DNA from: an uncultured Candidatus Saccharibacteria bacterium
GTDB lineage: Bacteria > Patescibacteriota > Saccharimonadia > Saccharimonadales > UBA10212
Direction: 5' to 3'
Assembly: GCA_964624785.1 (NCBI GenBank)
Contig: CAZUXR010000002.1
Location: forward strand, 363-64,362
Length of the DNA: 64,000 bases
Made by a program: the position numbers and the translations under genes. Every line of letters starts with the position of its first letter. Within the stretch, counting starts at the first letter, position 1. This document shows, one piece after another, positions 31,324 through 39,292 of the stretch. The notes beneath the pieces are model-generated. The model was not told the DNA's origin and ran no database searches. It saw only the letters and a list, made by a program, of their open reading frames with translations.

Positions 31324-31445
31324 AGAAACTACGCATTTGGCACATTTTGGCCCAAAAACTGCGCTCCGCGCTCACCGTACTATTTAGTACGATTCGCTTA
31401 CGGTGCTCTTTTTTGAACCAAACTGCACTCAAATGCGTAGTTTCT
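31324..31445. repeat. MITE-like element, short copy (16-bp perfect TIRs AGAAACTACGCATTTG)
   Basis: The termini are inverted repeats. Its internal sequence is shared with the 59053-59337 copy (GGCACATTTTG..AAAACTGCG..CGTACTATTTAGTACG..TTTTGAACCAAACTGCACTCAA). Confidence 0.65.
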
Positions 31446-31553
31446 CGGTTGCTATAGTTATGTTTTTTCATGCATCGGCCCAAATCTGCACATACAGAAC
31501 AAGTAATTCTTGTGTTAGAATGGGTAGTAATTATGTTTAAACGAGGGAGTTCT

Positions 31554-32564
31554 ATGAAATTTAGATTGGTACGAATTGTTGTTCCTGTTTTATTATTCAC
31601 AGTACTTTTAGTGCACGATCTGCCGGCCGCTGCTCAGTCCAACGGCCTGGGGATTACGCCAAAACTAAGCTACACAGTTAACGCTGGGGAACAGCGCAGC
31701 GACACTCTGTATGTAAATAACCTTAGTACTTCGCAAGTTCTTAACCTTAAACTCAAAGTTATAGACTTTAAGCCGCAAGACGAAACAGGCGCTCCAAAAC
31801 TTTTGCAAGCTAGTGATGAACCGCTTACTCCGTGGTCGCTAAAACCATACATGACCCTTCCGGACAGAGTAACTATCGAACCCGGTAAATCCAAACTTAT
31901 ACCATTTACGATTAAAATTCCAAAAAGCGTAGGGGCAGGCAGCTACTACAGCGCCGTTCAGTACACCGCTGTGAGCGATTTTGACCAAGAAAAGGTGAAC
32001 GTTGCCGCTAGCAGTGCTTCGCTGATATTCGTAACAGTTCCTGGTGACGCTTCTGAGCTGCTTAACCTGGTCCAGTTCGGGCCATATGAGGGCGGTAAGT
32101 TCCAGACTATGTTTGCATCTAAACCCCCGGCCAGCTTTGCCTACCGAATTAAAAACAGCGGCAATATTAGCGAAAGTCCTAGCGGCAGCATTGTGGTCAA
32201 AAACTTTTTTGGCCATGTGGTGCGCAGTATAGACAACGCCAACCCGCTAGGCCAACTGGTTATTATCGGCCAAACCCGCCGGTTTGAAGTCTGCGCTCCA
32301 AAAAGCGACAAGCAAGAAGACCTAGGCAAGCCATCTAACTGCAAGCCGCTAAAACTTATGCCCGGCAGATACACCGCTCAGATAGAACTGCTATACGGTC
32401 AAAACGGCAAAACTAACCGCCAAATTGGCGCTACAAGTACATTTTGGTATTTGCCAATTTGGTTTGTGATCCTGGCGCTGATTGTGTTGACTGCTATAGT
32501 CTACGGTGGTTGGCGCTTGTACAAAAAGCTCGTTGCTCCGCGCCACCGTCGCACCAAACGATAA
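31554..32564 (+). CDS. C-terminally membrane-anchored two-domain surface protein (DUF916/DUF3324-like architecture)
   Basis: ATG 31554 follows GAGGGAG. A signal peptide is followed by two Ig-like beta domains, a C-terminal TM (WYLPIWFVILALIVLTAIVYGGW) and a basic tail (RLYKKLVAPRHRRTKR). Confidence 0.5.
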   Translation: MKFRLVRIVVPVLLFTVLLVHDLPAAAQSNGLGITPKLSYTVNAGEQRSDTLYVNNLSTSQVLNLKLKVIDFKPQDETGAPKLLQASDEPLTPWSLKPYMTLPDRVTIEPGKSKLIPFTIKIPKSVGAGSYYSAVQYTAVSDFDQEKVNVAASSASLIFVTVPGDASELLNLVQFGPYEGGKFQTMFASKPPASFAYRIKNSGNISESPSGSIVVKNFFGHVVRSIDNANPLGQLVIIGQTRRFEVCAPKSDKQEDLGKPSNCKPLKLMPGRYTAQIELLYGQNGKTNRQIGATSTFWYLPIWFVILALIVLTAIVYGGWRLYKKLVAPRHRRTKR

Positions 32565-32608
32565 GCACTTAACTTGTAAGCCCGGTTAATCTGTATTATG
32601 GTTATGTT

Positions 32609-33496
32609 ATGACTTTTAAGCTAAAGCTAGCGGTTGTTTTTGCGCTGAGTATTTTGGGGGTTGGCACGAGCATTTCCGTGGTGCAAGCCGCCGCACCGCC
32701 AGCGCCCAACCCACAAGCAGGATCGTTAGGTCTGGAGGGCCAAGTTGGCGGTGGTCCGCCTACAACACCCGCCACTATTACGGTTCCCGGTAATGGCCAG
32801 GTGTTTAACAGTGTGCCTATAACTGTTTCGGGCATTTGTACTAAAGGGCTACTGGTGGAGGTTTTTAGTAACGGCGTCTTTGTGGGATCGGCGCAGTGTA
32901 GCAGTGGCAGCTTTTCATTACTTATCGATCTATTTAACGGCCAAAATGATTTAGTTGTCCGTCAGTACGATGCGCTTAATCAATCTAGCCCAGATTCTAA
33001 CACCGTGAGCGTAACTTACAATAGCCCTTCGCCTTCCGGAGTTTCGCGCCCAACGCTTACGACCGCCTATGCCAAGCGTGGAGCCGATCCTAAGACCTCG
33101 TTATCGTGGCCAATGACAATAAGTGGTGGCAGCGGCCCATACGCCATTAGTATTGACTGGGGCGACAAAACTCAACTGGATCTGCTTAGCCGCAAAAGTG
33201 CAGGGGGATTTAGTATAGAACACACTTACAATCAGTCGGGTATTTTTAATGTAACGGTCAAAGCTGTAGATTCTAACGGAGCGGCAGCGTTTTTGCAGCT
33301 AGTAGCTATTGCTAACGGGCCGATTCAGCAAGGTGGGGTTAATAGTAGTTCTGCTCAACCCAAAGCTGAGCGCGTGTTTGTTTGGTGGCCGGTGGCATTA
33401 ACTTTTTGTCTAACCTTCGTAGCTTTTTGGCTTGGTAAAAAGCACCAGCTAGAAACAATTCGCAGTCGTTTGCGCCGCGGCGAGCGCCCCATCTAA
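32609..33496 (+). CDS. Membrane-anchored surface protein with PKD-like domain
   Basis: A signal peptide, Ig-like segments, a PKD-like motif (ISIDWGDKT...HTYNQSGIFNVTVKAVDSNG), and a C-terminal TM plus basic tail. Confidence 0.55.
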   Translation: MTFKLKLAVVFALSILGVGTSISVVQAAAPPAPNPQAGSLGLEGQVGGGPPTTPATITVPGNGQVFNSVPITVSGICTKGLLVEVFSNGVFVGSAQCSSGSFSLLIDLFNGQNDLVVRQYDALNQSSPDSNTVSVTYNSPSPSGVSRPTLTTAYAKRGADPKTSLSWPMTISGGSGPYAISIDWGDKTQLDLLSRKSAGGFSIEHTYNQSGIFNVTVKAVDSNGAAAFLQLVAIANGPIQQGGVNSSSAQPKAERVFVWWPVALTFCLTFVAFWLGKKHQLETIRSRLRRGERPI

Positions 33497-33544
33497 GATC
33501 CGTTTAACTTCTCAACAACAGATAAATATCCTATACTTACCTAG

Positions 33545-34648
33545 ATGAATAAGGGTAAAGCGGTTTTTGTTGGGCTAAGTGGGGGAGTAGACAGTTCCGT
33601 TAGCGCCGCGCTGCTTAAGCGGCAGGGCTACAACGTTATTGGCGTGTACATGAAGAATTGGAGTCGCGACTTGCCAGGAATGCCCTGCCCATGGCAAGAC
33701 GACTACCAGGACGCTAAGCGCGTGGCCGTTCAGCTTGGCATAGGCTTTAAAGTTTACGATTTTCAAAAAGATTATCAGCAACGAGTGGTCGATTACATGA
33801 TTGATGGGTTTAAAAAAGGCCTTACGCCAAATCCGGATGTGATGTGCAACCAAGAAATCAAGTTTAAATTGTTTTTGGACACCGCTCTAGAAGACGGTGC
33901 CGATATGGTAGCTACCGGCCATTACGCTAAAGTAGCAACTAGAAATCAGGAAACAGCAAATAGCAAACTCCAGACCAAATCGGGCAAACTTAACCACCAA
34001 CCACCACATCTTTTGTGTGCAAAAGATGTGAGTAAGGATCAGACCTACTTTTTGTACCGGATTACGGCCGAGGCTTTGGCTAAAACCATTTTTCCGCTCG
34101 GCGATTTAACCAAACCAGAAGTCCGCAAACTAGCAGCTAAATACAAGTTGGTGACAGCTACCAAAAAAGAAAGCATGGGAATCTGCTTTGTTGGTAAGGT
34201 TGGAATAAAAGAATTTTTGCAGCAGTTTGTAGAAACTTCGCCAGGAGCAGTAATTGATCAATCCGCTGGCCAGCGGAGGCAAATTGGCGAGCACGATGGG
34301 GCGATATTCTACACAATCGGTCAACGCCACGGTTTAGAGGTTGGCGGGGGTTTGCCGTATTACGTCACCGGCAAAGATATGGATAAAAACGAAGTTTACG
34401 TCACCACCAACTTGGATGATAAAAAACTTTGGAGCAAAGAGTTCAATATTACAAGCGTTCATTGGATCAATCCGCCCGCAGCAGAACAAAAACTATCTGT
34501 ACGCTTACGGCATCGTGGCCAACTTATTTCGTGCAAACTCGAAGGTAGTAAAGTAACTCTAGACGACGAACAACGTGCCCTAACGCCTGGCCAATCCGCC
34601 GTATTCTACGCGGACTCGGAATGCCTGGGCGGCGGGATAATCTGTTAA
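33545..34648 (+). CDS. mnmA: tRNA-specific 2-thiouridylase
   Basis: PP-loop VGLSGGVDSSV, with MnmA central and C-terminal domains. Confidence 0.9.
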   Translation: MNKGKAVFVGLSGGVDSSVSAALLKRQGYNVIGVYMKNWSRDLPGMPCPWQDDYQDAKRVAVQLGIGFKVYDFQKDYQQRVVDYMIDGFKKGLTPNPDVMCNQEIKFKLFLDTALEDGADMVATGHYAKVATRNQETANSKLQTKSGKLNHQPPHLLCAKDVSKDQTYFLYRITAEALAKTIFPLGDLTKPEVRKLAAKYKLVTATKKESMGICFVGKVGIKEFLQQFVETSPGAVIDQSAGQRRQIGEHDGAIFYTIGQRHGLEVGGGLPYYVTGKDMDKNEVYVTTNLDDKKLWSKEFNITSVHWINPPAAEQKLSVRLRHRGQLISCKLEGSKVTLDDEQRALTPGQSAVFYADSECLGGGIIC

Positions 34649-34659
34649 AATAGTTAGTA

Positions 34660-36600
34660 ATGACAGCGGAAGAAATTAGACGAGCTTATTTGGATTTTTT
34701 TGCCAAGCGTGGGCATACGGTGATTCCGCGAGCTCTTTTAGTACCGCAAGATGATCCAACTACTTTATTTACAGGCTCCGGCATGCAGCCGATGGTTCCG
34801 TATTTACTGGGAGAAACCCACCCCGAAGGCAAACGAATCACCAACAGCCAAGTGTGTTTTCGTGCTCAGGATATAGAAGAAGTCGGAGATAGCGAACATA
34901 CAACAACATTCGAAATGCTTGGCAACTGGAGTTTGGGCGACTATTACAAAACCGAGCAAATCGCTTGGATTAGCGAGTTTTTATTTGACGTTGTGGGGTT
35001 AGACCCGCAAAAATTTTATGTGTCGTGCTATATCGGCAACGAAAAGTACAGTATTCCGCGGGACGACCAGGCAATTGAACTGTGGCAGCAAGAATTTAAA
35101 AAACGCGGCATAGACGCCAAAGTGGTAGAAATCGGCTCGGCAGAAAACGGCTCTAAAACTGGCATGCAGGGCGGGCGAATATTCTTATACGACGGAAAAG
35201 AAAACTGGTGGAGCCGCAGCGGCGACGAAGAAGGTACGATGGTGGGCGACCCGTGCGGGCCAGACAGCGAGATGTTTTACGATTTTGGGCAGCAGTACCA
35301 CGATGAGCAAAAGTGGGGCAAAGCTCACCCGGCCAGTGATTCGCCTAGATTTTTCGAAATAGGCAACAACGTTTTTATGGGTTATCGAAAAACGAGTGAT
35401 GGTTTCGAAAAACTGGAACACCCCAACATTGACCACGGGTCGGGCTTGGAACGAATCGCGGCCGCCAGTCTTGATAATCCAGACGTGTTCAAAATTAGCT
35501 TATTCAAGCCAATTATTCAGAAGATTGAAGAAATTTCTGGCAAAAATTATGAAAACCACAAAGAAGCTTTGCAGGTTATTGCCGATCACCTGCGCGGCGC
35601 GGTATTTTTGGCCGTTGATGGCGTAGCGCCCAGCAACAAAGAGCAGGGATATGTGGCCCGCCGGTTGATGCGCCGTGCAATGCTAAAGGCGCACAATCTG
35701 GGTATAGTAAATGTTTTTATAGAGAAAATTGTTCCAGTGATTGCTGATCTGTACCAGGACGATTACCCAGAGATAGTCCAAAAACGTCAACAAATCATCG
35801 ACATTCTTGCAAAAGAAGAAAAGATTTTTTTGGTTACGCTAAAAAAAGGAGTTGCCGAACTTCAAAAATACATTAAAAATAATCAGGCAAAATACGGCAA
35901 AAACAAAGTCGTTATCCCCGGGGATGTAGTCTTTTTTCTTTACGACACCTGCGGTTATCCGCCCGAATTAACCCAGGAAGTGGTGGCCATACTTGATAAC
36001 GGAGTGTTGTCTACAGATTGGAAACAAGATTTCGACCGGCTAATGAAGCAGCAGCGCGAGCGGAGTCAGACGGCTGGCAAAGGCGTGTTTAAGGGAGGGC
36101 TAGCAGATCATTCGGATGAGACTAAAAAATTACATACCGCCACGCACTTGATGTACGAGGCCTTGCGCCGGGTTTTGGGTGACCATGTGGTTCAGCGCGG
36201 ATCCAATGTAACCGCAGAACGCACTCGCTTTGACTTTAGCCATGACCAAAAAGTCACTCGCGAGCAATTGGACGAAGTAGAAAAAATCGTAAACGAACAG
36301 ATCGACAAAGACCTTACAGTAAGCTGGCAAGAACAGCCAACCGACGAAGCGTTTGCTAACGGTGCCAAAGGCGCGTTTGGCGACAAATACGGCGACAAAG
36401 TAAAAGTCTACACCATGGGAATTCCTGGCGAAAAACCATATTCCATAGAAATTTGCGGCGGGCCACACGTAGAACACACTGGCCAGCTAGCCGTGGATTC
36501 GATAAACTCACCATCTGCGAAAGGCAAAAGAAGGTTCAAAATAACCAAAGAAGAAGCCAGCTCCGCCGGAGTCCGAAGAATAAAAGCGATTCTACAGTAA
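34660..36600 (+). CDS. alaS: Alanine--tRNA ligase, short form lacking the C-Ala domain
   Basis: N-terminal class II catalytic motifs (FTGSGMQPMVPY, GNWSLGDYYK) and the editing-domain HxxxH (HTATHLMYEALRRVLGDHVVQRGS). 646 aa, compared with ~870 for canonical AlaRS. Confidence 0.85.
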   Translation: MTAEEIRRAYLDFFAKRGHTVIPRALLVPQDDPTTLFTGSGMQPMVPYLLGETHPEGKRITNSQVCFRAQDIEEVGDSEHTTTFEMLGNWSLGDYYKTEQIAWISEFLFDVVGLDPQKFYVSCYIGNEKYSIPRDDQAIELWQQEFKKRGIDAKVVEIGSAENGSKTGMQGGRIFLYDGKENWWSRSGDEEGTMVGDPCGPDSEMFYDFGQQYHDEQKWGKAHPASDSPRFFEIGNNVFMGYRKTSDGFEKLEHPNIDHGSGLERIAAASLDNPDVFKISLFKPIIQKIEEISGKNYENHKEALQVIADHLRGAVFLAVDGVAPSNKEQGYVARRLMRRAMLKAHNLGIVNVFIEKIVPVIADLYQDDYPEIVQKRQQIIDILAKEEKIFLVTLKKGVAELQKYIKNNQAKYGKNKVVIPGDVVFFLYDTCGYPPELTQEVVAILDNGVLSTDWKQDFDRLMKQQRERSQTAGKGVFKGGLADHSDETKKLHTATHLMYEALRRVLGDHVVQRGSNVTAERTRFDFSHDQKVTREQLDEVEKIVNEQIDKDLTVSWQEQPTDEAFANGAKGAFGDKYGDKVKVYTMGIPGEKPYSIEICGGPHVEHTGQLAVDSINSPSAKGKRRFKITKEEASSAGVRRIKAILQ

Positions 36601-36693
36601 GCTATTTTTGGCGATTATATATTTAACACACCTAAGCAGATAAAAATAATAATAGCACTTGACACACCCATTCTTGTTTGATACACTGTATAT

Positions 36694-37581
36694 ATGCAAG
36701 AGATGACAAACCTAATCGAGTTTTATAACCGCTTTAATGATGAGCAAACTTGTAGAGATTACCTCGAGAAGGCACGTTGGGGTGACAAGATAACTTGCCC
36801 TCACTGTGGAATTATCGGGAATGCCTATAAATATAAGGACGGACGGCTGTTTAAGTGTAAGGACTGCCGAAAGCAGTTTACTGTTCGTGTTGGCACTATC
36901 TTTGAGGACAGCAAACTACCCCTGCAAAAGTGGTTTCTAGCTATTTACTTGGCTACCAGTTTGAAAAAAGGCATTAGCTCAATTCAGCTTAGTAAATACT
37001 TAGGCATCACTCAAAAAACCGCGTGGTTTATGCTTCACCGTATTCGCCACGCTGTTGAAACCAACAATTACGATAAGCCGTTAGATGGTGATGTTGAAAT
37101 GGACGAAACGTATATTGGCGGTAAGACCACCGTGAAGAAAAAGTTTGATAACAAAACGCCTGTAGTCGGCGCAGTTGAGCGTAAAGGACGTGTGGTCGCA
37201 AAAGTTACTGATGACGCGTCATCAACTACCTTACAGAGCGTAATACGCGAGCGTGTTCCGGCAGATGCAAACCTGTACACAGACGACTGGAAAGGCTATC
37301 ACAGGGCAAGTCGCTTAGTGTTCATGCACCGTGCGGTCAATCACTCTAAGAAACAGTGGGCTGTTGGACAGGCGCACACCAATACAATTGAGGGCTTTTG
37401 GGCACATCTTAAGAGAGGTATAGACGGTATTTACCACCACGTTAGCCCCAAGCATCTGCAACGCTATTGCGATGAGTATCAGTATCGCTACAATACTAGA
37501 GAGATGAGTGACGGTGAACGCTTTAACGACTATTTCGCGAGCATACACACTAGACTAGAATATAAGGAGCTATTAGCATGA
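36694..37581 (+). CDS. IS1595-family DDE transposase
   Basis: N-terminal Zn-ribbon (CPHCG...CKDCRK), DDE region (MDETYIGG, YTDDWKGY), and a C-terminal HTNTIEGFW..LKRG..G.YHHVS.KHLQRY..E...RYN motif. Confidence 0.9.
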   Translation: MQEMTNLIEFYNRFNDEQTCRDYLEKARWGDKITCPHCGIIGNAYKYKDGRLFKCKDCRKQFTVRVGTIFEDSKLPLQKWFLAIYLATSLKKGISSIQLSKYLGITQKTAWFMLHRIRHAVETNNYDKPLDGDVEMDETYIGGKTTVKKKFDNKTPVVGAVERKGRVVAKVTDDASSTTLQSVIRERVPADANLYTDDWKGYHRASRLVFMHRAVNHSKKQWAVGQAHTNTIEGFWAHLKRGIDGIYHHVSPKHLQRYCDEYQYRYNTREMSDGERFNDYFASIHTRLEYKELLA

Positions 37582-38558
37582 AAAAAGAAGTTAGAAATAC
37601 TAGTAACCAGAGCGTGGGCAAGAAAATTCCGCGAGCGACTTTTAGCGGAACTTTGGAAATTGGCGACACCAACTCGTTACCTTGTTATGTACTTGAAGAT
37701 GGCCGCCGGATTTTTAGTACCAAGGGTATGATAGAAAGCCTCGGATATAAAGGAAACGCGAACGCGAACGAGATTTTCAGCAATAGAACCTTAGTACCGT
37801 ACCTCATGGCGCACGGCGACCCTTATCATTCTGGCAACTTGGTTGACTTTATTACTGACAGAGGAACTCCGGCCAAAGGTATTGATGTAGAGAAGTTCAT
37901 GGATGTTTGCCATGCTTACTCCGAGGCTTTGGACAGTGGAACACTGAAAGGCAGGAACGCGGACGCGGCCTTGCAAGCCAACGCCATTATCCGTGCTTCA
38001 TCTAAACTAGGTATTGTCGCTCTCGTTGATGAGGTTACAGGCTACCAGTATGTTCGAGCCGAGGACGCACTGCAATTCAAGCTAAAACTGTTTTTGGCAG
38101 AAGAAATGCGCGGTTGGGAAAAGACATTCCCCGATGAACTATGGATAGAGTTTGCACGCTTAACCCAATGGGAAGGACAACCAACTAAAAACCGCCCACG
38201 CTACTGGGGTTATTTAGTTATGGACTTGATATACCGTTATTTAGACCCCGAAGTCGCGAGCTATATAAAAGAGAATAAACCCAAGCCACGCAAGGGTCAG
38301 AATTATCACCAATGGTTTAACGATGACTACGGCATGAAACGACTGATTGAACATATCAACCGTGTCATCGGTATGGCTCAAGGCTGTGACACAATGGACG
38401 AGCTGAAAAAGAAAATGCACCACCGCTATGGTGGTCAACCGATACAGCTTGAAATGTTTATAGATGACCACGATAAGCGTGAGATACCCACTAAGATTGA
38501 TATGCCCTTTGATGAAGCTCTAGCAAAAATTGCCAAAGCCGACCCACCGAAGAAATAG
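37578..38558 (+). CDS. IS passenger protein of unknown function (possibly phage-related; P63C-like resemblance is unverified)
   Basis: Its ATG overlaps the transposase stop (ATGA). 326 aa with motifs VDEVTGYQYVR and W.KTFPDELW.EF.RL..W...RPRYWGY. No transposition motifs. Confidence 0.45.
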   Translation: MKKEVRNTSNQSVGKKIPRATFSGTLEIGDTNSLPCYVLEDGRRIFSTKGMIESLGYKGNANANEIFSNRTLVPYLMAHGDPYHSGNLVDFITDRGTPAKGIDVEKFMDVCHAYSEALDSGTLKGRNADAALQANAIIRASSKLGIVALVDEVTGYQYVRAEDALQFKLKLFLAEEMRGWEKTFPDELWIEFARLTQWEGQPTKNRPRYWGYLVMDLIYRYLDPEVASYIKENKPKPRKGQNYHQWFNDDYGMKRLIEHINRVIGMAQGCDTMDELKKKMHHRYGGQPIQLEMFIDDHDKREIPTKIDMPFDEALAKIAKADPPKK

Positions 38559-38795
38559 TTACCGCTTTATGCCGAGAATTGCGCCGAGTACAAACGAGCC
38601 GATGAGTAGAAGTATAGCGTGTGAGAGTTTATAGCTAAAGAACGCCCAGACAACACCACCAAGCCATACAATGCCACCTAATGAGCTGAGATATAGATTT
38701 AACTTGGGTTTACGGTGAGCGTCAGGCTGTAGCTTGTCAGAGAAGGCTACCAGTACAACCCCGATGATAATCAATGCGATTGGCATAACTGACAT
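38559..38795 (-). CDS. Small two-TM membrane protein encoded inside the IS (antisense orientation)
   Basis: 78 aa, hydrophobic (MSVMPIALIIIGVVLVAF...ILLLIGSFVLGAILGIKR). Lies wholly within the TIRs. Confidence 0.35.
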   Translation of the reverse strand: MSVMPIALIIIGVVLVAFSDKLQPDAHRKPKLNLYLSSLGGIVWLGGVVWAFFSYKLSHAILLLIGSFVLGAILGIKR

Positions 38796-38878
38796 TATAC
38801 ATTAGGTGTGTTAAATATATAATCGCCCTATTTTTCATAATCCCGACAGAGAGCAAATGTGCTATAATCAATCTGATT

Positions 38879-39292
38879 ATGCCCAGTAGTAGACTTTCGA
38901 GTTATTCCGCTGAAGCGGAATCTGCGTCTCGCCAAAAACGAGTCGGTCTCGAAAGGTCACTACCGGGCCAACCTAGTAGTGAGCTTTCTGTAACGTTCTG
39001 TTACGTCTACATTTTAAGATCATTCTCTACCGGCAATTTTTACATTGGATTTACTCATGATTTACGAAGGCGGGTAACAGAACATAAAAAAGGTTTAAAT
39101 CGTTCGACTAAAGCATATGCATCATCGTGGGAACTGGTATACTATGAAGCACATAGAAGCGAAATCGACGCGCGTAGGCGCGAGCAGTATCTCAAGACTA
39201 CGGCGGGCAATAGAGCGCTTAAGAAAATGATGCGAGAACAGTTACTAATGTACGATTTAAACAACAGAAAGTCTACTACTAGGTATGCTTGA
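38879..39292 (+). CDS. GIY-YIG nuclease family protein (small, UPF0213-like) with ~45-aa N-terminal extension
   Basis: YVYILRSFSTGNFYIGFTHDLRRRVTEHKKG...WELVYYE is the GIY-YIG core. TATAAT lies 10 nt upstream of ATG 38879 (leaderless), and there is no in-frame alternative start before the core. Confidence 0.65.
   Translation: MPSSRLSSYSAEAESASRQKRVGLERSLPGQPSSELSVTFCYVYILRSFSTGNFYIGFTHDLRRRVTEHKKGLNRSTKAYASSWELVYYEAHRSEIDARRREQYLKTTAGNRALKKMMREQLLMYDLNNRKSTTRYA

Larger units (their letters stand above)
36610..38827 (+). mobile_element. IS1595-family insertion sequence carrying passenger genes
   Basis: Perfect 23-bp TIRs GGCGATTATATATTTAACACACC (36610-32; reverse complement at 38805-27), flanked by an 8-bp direct repeat CTATTTTT (36602-09 and 38828-35), which is the IS1595-type TSD length. 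An internal TTGACA-17-TACACT promoter precedes the transposase. Confidence 0.85.

Noticed and set aside
31292-31600. 102-aa minus-strand ORF
   Set aside because: It overlaps the MITE-like element and the promoter/RBS region of the 31554 gene. No coding signal.
38879-39000. tRNA-like or group-I-intron signal in the 5' part of the GIY-YIG gene
   Set aside because: No cloverleaf with a canonical T-loop could be built. The GIY-YIG protein is of the small free-standing UPF0213 type, not an intron homing endonuclease.
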